32,000 nucleotides of DNA, from contig CAKTSY010000001.1 of assembly GCA_934613415.1 (NCBI GenBank), forward strand, positions 300,001-332,000, read 5' to 3'. The DNA comes from an uncultured Opitutales bacterium. Lineage in GTDB: Bacteria > Verrucomicrobiota > Verrucomicrobiia > Opitutales > Intestinicryptomonadaceae. The position numbers and the translations under genes were made by a program. Positions 22,781 to 30,451 of the stretch are shown piece after piece (the stretch's first letter is position 1; every line of letters begins with the position of its first letter). The notes beneath the pieces are model-generated. The model searched no databases and had not been told where the DNA came from. It saw nothing but the letters and a program-made list of their open reading frames with translations.

Positions 22781-23452
22781 ATGGAAAATATGGCCCACAT
22801 TTTATCGGAAAGCGGCATTGCATATATTGCATTGCTTATGGCGTTAACTGTTCACGAATTCGGACATGCATACGCCGCCGACCGACTAGGAGACCCTCTG
22901 CCGCGCCTAGACGGCAGGGTTTCGCTAAACCCGCTTGTGCACATAGACTTGCTTGGCACGGTAATTTTGCCGCTACTTATGATAATAAGCTCGGTTTCGT
23001 ACGGAGGCGGCTTTATGATTTTCGGGTGGGCAAAGCCCGTAAGAGTTTCACTGCCAAACCCCAAACACCGCGTGCGCGACGACATTATCAGCACTCTGGC
23101 GGGCCCTTTTATGAATCTGGTTTTTGCCGTGGTTTGCCTGCTTATTACCGTTGCATTGTATGCCGCGGGGCTAAAAAGCTACGCTGGGCTGCCCGCAATT
23201 ATAATGGAAATAAACATTGTATTATTCGTGTTTAATATGCTGCCGGTGCCTCCCCTAGACGGCTCGCGTCTTTTAAAGCACGCCTTGGGCATGAGCGAGT
23301 TGGCCTATGCAAAGCTTTCGTCGTACGGCTTTATTATAATTTTGGTTATGATAAACTTTGCCCCAATAAGAAGGTTCATAAGCTTTTTGATTGCCGCAAT
23401 AATGTCGGCACTATACTTTGTAGGCGACTTAATTTTAAACGCAATAAACTAA
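22781..23452 (+). CDS. site-2 protease family (peptidase M50) intramembrane metalloprotease
   Basis: HEFGHAYAA (HExxH) in TM1 and NMLPVPPLDGSRLL (NxxPxxxLDG). Polytopic, 223 aa, with no PDZ domain. Confidence 0.9.
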   Translation: MENMAHILSESGIAYIALLMALTVHEFGHAYAADRLGDPLPRLDGRVSLNPLVHIDLLGTVILPLLMIISSVSYGGGFMIFGWAKPVRVSLPNPKHRVRDDIISTLAGPFMNLVFAVVCLLITVALYAAGLKSYAGLPAIIMEINIVLFVFNMLPVPPLDGSRLLKHALGMSELAYAKLSSYGFIIILVMINFAPIRRFISFLIAAIMSALYFVGDLILNAIN

Positions 23453-23453
23453 A

Positions 23454-23717
23454 ATGCCAATATATACATATCAGGTTGTAGAGCCCGACGGCTCGGACGG
23501 CGAAATCTTTGAAGTAGAGCAGTCTATAGACAGCCCCGCCCTTACCCGCCACCCTGAAAACGGCAAAAAAGTGCGCCGCATATATTCAAGGGTAAACATA
23601 AATTCCGAATACACAAAAGGCAGAGAAGACAAACTTTCGCAGATAGACTATATAAAGAAAAAGGGATTCGAAGTTCTGCAAAAAGACAAAATTTCGGGAA
23701 ATTACTATAAACTTTAA
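23454..23717 (+). CDS. FmdB-like small protein lacking all zinc-ribbon cysteines
   Basis: The N-terminus MPIYTYQVV...EIFEVEQS...LTRHPENGKKVRRIYS is collinear with the FmdB signature MPIxxYxCxxC...FE...CPxCG...vkR. The 87-aa protein nevertheless has zero Cys. It starts 1 nt after the M50 stop. Confidence 0.65.
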   Translation: MPIYTYQVVEPDGSDGEIFEVEQSIDSPALTRHPENGKKVRRIYSRVNINSEYTKGREDKLSQIDYIKKKGFEVLQKDKISGNYYKL

Positions 23718-23760
23718 ATTTGTTTTGACCAACTTGTTATATTTACAGTAGCATTGCAAC

Positions 23761-24402
23761 GTGGAAAAAAATATTAAAGACGGTGTTTTGTCTTCGAACC
23801 TGGAAGACTATCTTGAAGCCATTTCGTGGCTGTCGCAAACGCAGGGGCACGCGCACCCAAGCGAAATTGCCGAATTTATGCGCGTAAAAAAGCCGTCGGT
23901 TACAAGCGCACTTAACACTTTGCTTAAAAAGGGCTACATAGAATACGAAAAGTACCGCCCCGTTACCCTTACCGAAAAAGGGGCATGTATTGCCGACAAC
24001 ATAAGCTCGAAACACCACGTTTTAAAGGACTTTTTTGAAAACATATTGGGGGCAGACTCTAAAAAGGCAAACTTGGCCGCCTGCGAAATGGAGCATTCGC
24101 TAGACGACGACCTTATGGAAAGACTTGTGCTTTTCATAAAAAACGCCAACCAATGCGCAGCGTGCGCGGCAAACAAAATTTGCGACAAGGACTGTCCGAA
24201 CAAAGAACAGCTTTGCTCTTTAAAGGAAAACGAAAAGGCAATAGTTGTAAAAACGCCCGACAAAACCCTTAAGATTTCGGAGGGCGACCAAATTAAGATT
24301 TTAAACCCGAATTTCGACGGCCGAATTTTGCTTAAGATAGGCAATGCCGAACTTGCGGTAAAAAGATCCGACGCCAAAAGCATTTTGGTTAAAAAAATTT
24401 AG
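23761..24402 (+). CDS. DtxR/MntR-family metal-dependent repressor with FeoA/SH3-like C-terminal domain
   Basis: LEDYLEAISWL, a wHTH (PSEIAEFMRVKKPSVTSALNTLLKKGYI), the metal-site motif ACEMEHS, and a C-terminal FeoA-like segment (KISEGDQIKILN...LLKIGNAELAV). GTG start. Confidence 0.85.
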   Translation: MEKNIKDGVLSSNLEDYLEAISWLSQTQGHAHPSEIAEFMRVKKPSVTSALNTLLKKGYIEYEKYRPVTLTEKGACIADNISSKHHVLKDFFENILGADSKKANLAACEMEHSLDDDLMERLVLFIKNANQCAACAANKICDKDCPNKEQLCSLKENEKAIVVKTPDKTLKISEGDQIKILNPNFDGRILLKIGNAELAVKRSDAKSILVKKI

Positions 24403-24441
24403 GCGCCTAAGCCTTTTTTGGGGGAATAATATTTTGTTGCA

Positions 24442-27027
24442 ATGAACACCCCCTTTGTTAGATTTTACTTTATGTTTATTTTAAGGTTTGCAGTGCCGTT
24501 TTTTGCGTTGGTTTTTGCGTGCACGTTTGCGTATGCAAAAACAAAAACGCCGCCTTTAATGGATTCGCCCGCGCAAATGGGCACATTGCAAAAGGTTAAG
24601 GCCGTTGCCGCAAAGGCCGCCCTCGAAAACGGGCTTCCAAAACTGGCGCAAAATATATGCGAAAAACTGCTAGAAGACCAAGCTTTGGCAGACAACGCCG
24701 AAATTAAGCTGGTTTTGATGGACTCGCTTTTAGGACAGGACAAGTCCGACGCCGCCGAAAAACTTATGGCAGACTTCGACGGCGATACAACCGGCAAAAT
24801 GTATCTTAGAAGAGCAGTTCTTGCCCTCTACAAAAACAGGCTGGATTTGGCGCAAAATTTTTTGTCGAAATGCAACGTTGCAACCCTCTCGCCAAACGAG
24901 GCAAGCTGGTATTTTCTATGCAGGGGGTTGTCTAGCAAGCTTTCGGGCAAACTAAACGAAGCAAAATCGTTTTTCGAAACCGCAAAAAAGAATTCATCGA
25001 ACGACATCGTTATAACTGCCGCGCAGGCTAATATATACGAATGCGAAATACAGTTTGCAAAAGACCCCGAAGAACTAAAGGTAATTGCCGCCTCTTTGCG
25101 CGACAAAATAAACCTTAACAAAAATATTGAAGACGGCTTTTTGCTTGCAAAGGAATATGCAATTACCCTTTTCGCTCTCGGCAAAAAAGACCAGGCAAAG
25201 GCGGTTTTGCAAGAACAGCTAGATATTCCCCTTGTTCCCGAAATCGTATACGACGATTTTTCGCTTTTGCTGGCAATAATGGATTCCGACGCCCCAGACG
25301 CAAAACGCGCAAGGCTTTCGGCGTTGATTTCAAAAACAAAGTCGGTTTCTGATATGGAAACGGCGTTGCTTTTGCTTAAAAACTCGCTTACCGACAAAGC
25401 CGCATTGCTAAAAGAGCTTTTGCTTATTTTGGAGAAACCCAACTGCCCCTTAAAAGACAGGATTATGCTAGAATGCGCCCACATAAATTTAGACTTGGGC
25501 AACACAAGCAAGGCGGTAGAGCTTGCAAACGAGCTTTTAACATCGTACCCGGCTTCGATTTACGCCGAAAATGCCTTGGGCGTTTTGGCATGGAGCGCGT
25601 TTTCGTCTGAAAACGAAACACCTCAATATGCGCAGGCAGGCAAGTATCTCGAAAAAATGGCGGCTATGACAAAAAACGAGAAAAAGGCCGCCGAAATAAA
25701 ACTTATGGCCGCCGACTGCCTGTATCTTGAAGGCGACTACGAAATTGCAAGAATTTCGTACCAAAATCTTTACAAAAACAAAAACCTAGAGCGTTTTAAG
25801 GGCACAATGCTTAACCGCCTTGTAGACTGCCTTATAAAAACGGGCAAGGTAGACGAGGCCTACCGCCTTATATACAACGCCATTGCCGAACGCAAAATAT
25901 CTGCCGACGATATTTGGGCTGCGCAATGGAACCTTATAAATGCCTACAAAAAAGACGGCCGCTACGGCGACGCCCTGAATATGCTAGAGCACTTTATAAA
26001 GGCGTCTATGGCGAATACCGACGGCATTTTGCAGATAAGAATGCTGTGGGCAAAAGCAATGCTTTGCTTTGAAAACGCCAAGAAAAACGAATGCATTTCG
26101 CTTTGCGACGAGATTCTGCAAAAGGCCGAAAACCTGCCCGACGAATATATGTCGCTAAAGATTTTAATTTCCAGCAACACAATGCTTTTAAAGGGCAAGG
26201 CGCTATCGCTTGCGGGCAAAATTTCGGGCGAAAACGGAGCGTATGCCGTTCTCGAAAACCTGCGCCACGTTTTCCCAAAAACAAAGGCGGCATTGGCATC
26301 TTATATAAGCGAGGCAAACATCTTTGCCAAAGAGGGCAACTGCCTTAAGGCGGCTTCGCTTTGCGAAGAACTTTTCAACACAAACCCAGATTCCGAATAC
26401 GCGCCCTACGCGCTTTATCAGGCGGCGCAATACTATGTAAAAACACAGGCGGAATCGTCGTACAAAAACGCGCTGTTGCTGCTCGACAAGCTTTGCGAAA
26501 AATTCCCCGAAAACCCGCTGGCTTTCCACGCAAGAATTTTTCAGTGCGAAACAATGCGCTTATTAAACGCCTTTAACGAAGCGAAGAACCTTTACTTAGA
26601 CATAATAAACAAATACGCAAACAACCCCGAAATAGACACTGCAAAACTCGGTCTGGGCGACACATACCTAGCCCAGCCCAACAAAGAGGGGGAAGCTGCA
26701 ATATACTACGAAAAGCTTTGGGCAACGCCGTCGGCAAAAACCGAAATCAGAGCCGAGGCCGCCTTTAAGCTGGGCTTTGCGCTAGACAGAATTGGCCGCA
26801 AAAAAGAGGCGCGCGAAGTTTGGTGGATTGCCGCCAACGAGCTGCTAAACAGCGGCGAAAGCAACGGCAAAGCCGATTATTGGATAGGCCGCTCGCTGCT
26901 ATATTTGGCGCGTTCGTTCGACGCCGACAAATCCCCCGCGCAGGCGCGCAAAGTTTACGATTTATTGATAGAAAAAAACCTTCCCGGAAGCGGCGAGGCT
27001 AAAATAAGACTTAAAAGGACAAACTAA
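24442..27027 (+). CDS. large secreted tetratricopeptide-repeat protein
   Basis: 861 aa with signal-like FAVPFFALVFACTFAYA. TPR-like A/L/Y-rich helical repeats run throughout. The stop overlaps the exbB ATG (TAATG). Confidence 0.8.
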   Translation: MNTPFVRFYFMFILRFAVPFFALVFACTFAYAKTKTPPLMDSPAQMGTLQKVKAVAAKAALENGLPKLAQNICEKLLEDQALADNAEIKLVLMDSLLGQDKSDAAEKLMADFDGDTTGKMYLRRAVLALYKNRLDLAQNFLSKCNVATLSPNEASWYFLCRGLSSKLSGKLNEAKSFFETAKKNSSNDIVITAAQANIYECEIQFAKDPEELKVIAASLRDKINLNKNIEDGFLLAKEYAITLFALGKKDQAKAVLQEQLDIPLVPEIVYDDFSLLLAIMDSDAPDAKRARLSALISKTKSVSDMETALLLLKNSLTDKAALLKELLLILEKPNCPLKDRIMLECAHINLDLGNTSKAVELANELLTSYPASIYAENALGVLAWSAFSSENETPQYAQAGKYLEKMAAMTKNEKKAAEIKLMAADCLYLEGDYEIARISYQNLYKNKNLERFKGTMLNRLVDCLIKTGKVDEAYRLIYNAIAERKISADDIWAAQWNLINAYKKDGRYGDALNMLEHFIKASMANTDGILQIRMLWAKAMLCFENAKKNECISLCDEILQKAENLPDEYMSLKILISSNTMLLKGKALSLAGKISGENGAYAVLENLRHVFPKTKAALASYISEANIFAKEGNCLKAASLCEELFNTNPDSEYAPYALYQAAQYYVKTQAESSYKNALLLLDKLCEKFPENPLAFHARIFQCETMRLLNAFNEAKNLYLDIINKYANNPEIDTAKLGLGDTYLAQPNKEGEAAIYYEKLWATPSAKTEIRAEAAFKLGFALDRIGRKKEAREVWWIAANELLNSGESNGKADYWIGRSLLYLARSFDADKSPAQARKVYDLLIEKNLPGSGEAKIRLKRTN

Positions 27028-27701
27028 TGGGCGACATTATAAAAACAATGCAACTGGGCGGACCCGTAATGATTCCGCTTTTGATATTGGCGTTTGCGGG
27101 CTTCGTTATCTTTGCCGAAAGAATGTTATATTTGCACAAAGGGCAAATTAAGGCTGTTGAATTTTTAACGGGCATAAAAAGCGCGCTAAAAAATAAAAGG
27201 CTTATAGAAGCCCTTACAATTTGCAACGAAGCCCCGGGGCCTGTGGCAAGAATTGTAAAGGCGGTTTTGCTGCACTGCGAACGCACGCCCGACGAAATGC
27301 GTCAGGCCGCTTTAAGCGCGGGCTTGCTTGAAATACCCCTTTTGCAAAGGCGCATTCCAAGCGTGGCGTTAATAGCAAAATTGTCGCCCGTAATTGGGCT
27401 TATAGGAACGGTGCTTGCAATGCTAAAATGCTTTCAGATTATGCGCCAAAGCGGTCCTTATGCCGACATTACCCTGTTTTCGGGGCAGATATACAACGCG
27501 CTTATAAGCACCGCAGTAGGCCTTATGTTCTTTGTTATATTTTGGCTTTTCTACAATGTTTTGCACGGCAAAATGAGGGCAATAATTCATGATATGGAAT
27601 GGGCCTCGGCGGAACTTATCTTGTTTATAGCAAAAGGTATGCCGCAAAACGAAAACATATATCTAGACGGCGATGACCAAGCAAAAAACGACAAGCAATA
27701 G
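27027..27701 (+). CDS. exbB: MotA/TolQ/ExbB-family proton channel protein
   Basis: Three TMs and the conserved segment KLSPVIGLIGTVLAMLKCF...ALISTAVGLMFFV typical of the MotA_ExbB domain. Confidence 0.85.
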   Translation: MGDIIKTMQLGGPVMIPLLILAFAGFVIFAERMLYLHKGQIKAVEFLTGIKSALKNKRLIEALTICNEAPGPVARIVKAVLLHCERTPDEMRQAALSAGLLEIPLLQRRIPSVALIAKLSPVIGLIGTVLAMLKCFQIMRQSGPYADITLFSGQIYNALISTAVGLMFFVIFWLFYNVLHGKMRAIIHDMEWASAELILFIAKGMPQNENIYLDGDDQAKNDKQ

Positions 27702-28155
27702 CGGCGGCTTTTGGGGCGTAGACCTGCTTTCGAAAGTCGAAAAAGAAGGCATTTCGCTAAACGGAGCGGCGTTGATAGACGTTGCCTTAGTTACCATTAT
27801 GTTTATGGCGTTGTCGTCTAAATTCATACTTGCTCCCGGGCTTGGCATAGACTTAAACGGCGAGCCGAAAATGCCGACTATAGACGCCAACGATGCCGTG
27901 TTGTGCAACTACGACGCCGTTGTTTTGCACATACAGGGCAAAAATATGTTTATATTCGACGGCAAAATAAACACTTTTGAAGCCTTTAAGAAAACACTTA
28001 AAGACAAGGGCGACTTGCTAAAAAACCAAACCTTGCTGCTTAAAACCGACAAAAATTGCGATGCGCAAACCATAATAGACGTTTGCGCGGCGGCAAAAAG
28101 CGCGGGGCTTAAAAGCGTGCAAATTGCGGCCTGCCCCGAAAAAGAAATTAAATGA
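27673..28155 (+). CDS. exbD: ExbD/TolR-family biopolymer transport protein
   Basis: A single TM (LIDVALVTIMFMAL) followed by a periplasmic ExbD-like domain (LLLKTDKNCDAQTIIDVCAAAKSAGLKSVQIA). It overlaps exbB by 29 nt. Confidence 0.75.
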   Translation: MTKQKTTSNSGGFWGVDLLSKVEKEGISLNGAALIDVALVTIMFMALSSKFILAPGLGIDLNGEPKMPTIDANDAVLCNYDAVVLHIQGKNMFIFDGKINTFEAFKKTLKDKGDLLKNQTLLLKTDKNCDAQTIIDVCAAAKSAGLKSVQIAACPEKEIK

Positions 28156-28832
28156 AAACATCGGCGGGCATTTGGACGGTTTCGGTTTTGTTCGGGCTTT
28201 TTGTAAGCTTTGCCCTTGTGCTGTGCCTGCCTAAAATTAACTGCAATACCAAGCCGGAAGCCAACACCGCTCCGTTTGTTTCGATAATAGACCAAGGCAA
28301 CTCGGTTCGCTACGAGCAAATAAGAATGTACGACGAAGCCCCGCTGTTTTTGTCTACAAGCGTAAACAACAAAATTTCGCGGGTAAGCGAGCGTTTCGAT
28401 TTCGAAATTCCGCTAAACGACAAGTCGCTTAAGCTAGATTATAAGGGAGCTGTAATATCGCGCCCAAAGCCCGTAAAAACAAGCGAAAAAAGCGCAATGT
28501 ATTCGGGAGCGCAACAGTTGTTTTCGGTTTTCGGCGGCAATGCCGAAAAAGAGAGGCTACCCGCCGACACGCCTATTTCGTTCGAAATATTCGACTTGGC
28601 AAACGGGCAAAGCCTGCAAAAAAAATATATGAAAATAAACAACAATAAAAGGCTGTTTGCGCCAATCGAAGCCTTTGTTGTTGTAGACGAATTTGGACAG
28701 ACCGAAATTTCGGCAATATCGGGCGGAACAGCAAACAGCGAGCTAGATACCGAAATTCAAAAATCGCTAAACAACATTTCGGGCACCGAAAACCTCGAAA
28801 AAGGAACATACAAAATTATAGTAAGCCCCTAA
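28152..28832 (+). CDS. membrane-anchored protein, weak TonB-C-terminal-like
   Basis: ATGA overlap with exbD and an N-terminal TM (IWTVSVLFGLFVSFALVLCL). The C-terminus FVVVDEFGQTEISAISGGTANSELDTEIQKSL loosely fits the TonB_C pattern (VxVDxxGxV...S.g...LD). No Pro-rich spacer. Confidence 0.35.
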   Translation: MKTSAGIWTVSVLFGLFVSFALVLCLPKINCNTKPEANTAPFVSIIDQGNSVRYEQIRMYDEAPLFLSTSVNNKISRVSERFDFEIPLNDKSLKLDYKGAVISRPKPVKTSEKSAMYSGAQQLFSVFGGNAEKERLPADTPISFEIFDLANGQSLQKKYMKINNNKRLFAPIEAFVVVDEFGQTEISAISGGTANSELDTEIQKSLNNISGTENLEKGTYKIIVSP

Positions 28833-28857
28833 AAATTTCTAACACAAAAAAATCACT

Positions 28858-29352
28858 ATGGATAACAAACCCGAAGTACTAGTAATAATGGGAAGCGCAA
28901 GCGATTGGGACACCATGAAAGAATGCGCAAAGAAACTCGACGAATTTAAAATTTCGTACGAAAAACACATAGCCTCGGCGCACAGAACGCCCGCATTGGC
29001 TGCCGAATTGGCGGCAACCGCGGCAAAAAGAGGCGTTAAGGTTATAATTGCAGCCGCAGGCGGCGCGGCGCACTTGGCTGGCGTGCTTGCCTCGCAAACG
29101 GCTTTGCCCATAATAGGCGTGCCAATGAAAGGCTGGGCTTTGGACGGCTTAGACTCGCTGCTTTCGACAGTGCAAATGCCAAAGGGTATGCCGGTATTTA
29201 CACTTGCAATAGGCAAGGCTGGGGCCGTAAACGCCGCCGTTGGCGCGCTGCAAATTTTGGCGTTGTCTAACCCACAAAAGGCCGAAACTTTGGCAAAATT
29301 CAGAGCCAAACAAACGCAAGATGTTTTAAACGCAAAGTTCCCCGAAGAATAA
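28858..29352 (+). CDS. purE: N5-carboxyaminoimidazole ribonucleotide mutase
   Basis: VLVIMGSASDW...SAHRTP...VIIAAAGGAAHLAGV...GVPM...DSLLSTVQMPKGMPV.TLAIGKAGAVNAA matches PurE nearly motif for motif. Confidence 0.95.
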   Translation: MDNKPEVLVIMGSASDWDTMKECAKKLDEFKISYEKHIASAHRTPALAAELAATAAKRGVKVIIAAAGGAAHLAGVLASQTALPIIGVPMKGWALDGLDSLLSTVQMPKGMPVFTLAIGKAGAVNAAVGALQILALSNPQKAETLAKFRAKQTQDVLNAKFPEE

Positions 29353-29373
29353 AATTTTACCTAAGAATGCGTA

Positions 29374-29404
29374 AAAAAGGCGGCAAATTTGCCGCCTTTT
29401 TTTG
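29374..29404. terminator. bidirectional intrinsic terminator between purE and sod
   Basis: aaaaaa-GGCGGCAA-at-TTGCCGCC-ttttttt. The GC-rich 8-bp stem is flanked by an A-run and a T-run between convergent genes. Confidence 0.85.
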
Positions 29405-29430
29405 CAAGTAAAAGCCTAGGCAAAAACAAC

Positions 29431-30063
29431 CTAGTTTACGGCCACTGGCATTTGCATACGCGCTGCAACCTTTTGCCAGTCTACAATATTCCAAAACGCC
29501 TTTAGGTAGTCGGCGCGGCGGTTTTGGTATTCCAAATAATAGGCATGCTCCCACACATCTACGCAAAGCAAGGGCGTTAGGTCATCGTAAAAATTGCGCG
29601 TAATAACGCTATCTTGGTTTTGCGTATTTACAATTTCAAGCAATCCGCTTTTGTTCAGACACAGCCACGTCCAACCGCTGCCGAACAGCGACAATGCCGA
29701 AGTTTCGAACAAAGTTTTAAAGCCCTCCATATCTCCAAACGAAGCCTTTATTTTTATTGCCAAATCTTCGGGGATTGCCGTGTGTTTTGGACTTAGCGAA
29801 AGCCAGTAAAAATTGTGGTTAAACAGCCCGCCGCCGTTGTTGCGCACTGCCATTCTAATCCTTTCGGGAATATCGCTTAAGTTGCCCAAAAGCTCTCTAA
29901 CCGTGTCTGGCGGCCTAAATTCGGGCATTGTCTGCAAAGCCGCCTCAAGCTTTTCGGCATAGGCAAAGTGATGCTTTTCGTAGTGGGTTTTAACCGTTAT
30001 TTCGTCTAAATACGGAGCTAACTGGTTGTATTTGTAGGGAAGTTCTATTACTTTATATTTCAT
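29431..30063 (-). CDS. sodA: Fe/Mn-family superoxide dismutase (Mn-type signature residues)
   Basis: KHHFAY, GGGLFNHNFYW, FGSGWTWL, NQD and DVWEHAYYLEYQNRRADY. The GGG..NH and NQD patterns favour the Mn type. The ATG at 30063 (MKYKVIELPY) is preferred over the track start at 30114. Confidence 0.9.
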   Translation of the reverse strand: MKYKVIELPYKYNQLAPYLDEITVKTHYEKHHFAYAEKLEAALQTMPEFRPPDTVRELLGNLSDIPERIRMAVRNNGGGLFNHNFYWLSLSPKHTAIPEDLAIKIKASFGDMEGFKTLFETSALSLFGSGWTWLCLNKSGLLEIVNTQNQDSVITRNFYDDLTPLLCVDVWEHAYYLEYQNRRADYLKAFWNIVDWQKVAARMQMPVAVN

Positions 30064-30142
30064 CAAAAAACATATCGGAACTTTTTTATAGAACTTGACA
30101 AATTTGCCGCACAAAAAAGACTAAAAAACAAAAAAATTAACT

Positions 30143-30424
30143 ATGGCTACAAAACTTATATTGGCTTCGCTTAGGATAAAAGGCGGCAAGGAAAGCGAAT
30201 TTTTCGAGCTGTTCAACCCAATTGTAGATGCAACCCGAAAAGAGACCGGCTGCATTAGGTACGACATTTTTAGGAATACGCGCAACGACAGAGAATTTAT
30301 GTTTGTCGAAGAATATGTAGACGAAGCCGCCTACCAAAGCCACCGCCAAATGCCCTATATGACGCCAATGCGCCCCAAAAGAGACGCCATGGTAGAAAAA
30401 TATTTGGGCATTATAGAACGCTAA
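30143..30424 (+). CDS. antibiotic-biosynthesis-monooxygenase (ABM) domain protein / putative quinol monooxygenase
   Basis: 93 aa, with RIKGGKESEFFELFNPIVDATRKETGCIRYDIFRN...FMFVEEYVDEAAYQSH fitting the ABM ferredoxin-like fold pattern. Confidence 0.75.
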   Translation: MATKLILASLRIKGGKESEFFELFNPIVDATRKETGCIRYDIFRNTRNDREFMFVEEYVDEAAYQSHRQMPYMTPMRPKRDAMVEKYLGIIER

Positions 30425-30451
30425 CTTGGACTTTGCATTCCGCAATAGGCT

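Noticed and set aside
24403-24425. Palindrome TTAGGCGCCTAA followed by a T6 run after the DtxR-like gene, considered as a terminator.
   Set aside because: The arms abut with no loop, leaving only about a 4-bp usable stem (AGGC/GCCT). That is too weak to call, so the array 19542-29352 is treated as possibly continuous.
24828-25511. 227-aa antisense ORF, together with other long alternative-frame ORFs (24465-24797, 26006-26317, 26091-26348, 26203-26529, 26361-26576) inside the TPR gene.
   Set aside because: Their translations are Ser/Ala- or Arg-rich and low-complexity, as expected for off-frames of an Ala/Leu/Lys-rich TPR gene. The sense frame is continuous for 861 aa and coupled to exbB.
28839-29309. 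156-aa ORF antisense to purE.
   Set aside because: The plus-strand frame matches PurE motif for motif. The antisense product is Ala-rich shadow sequence.
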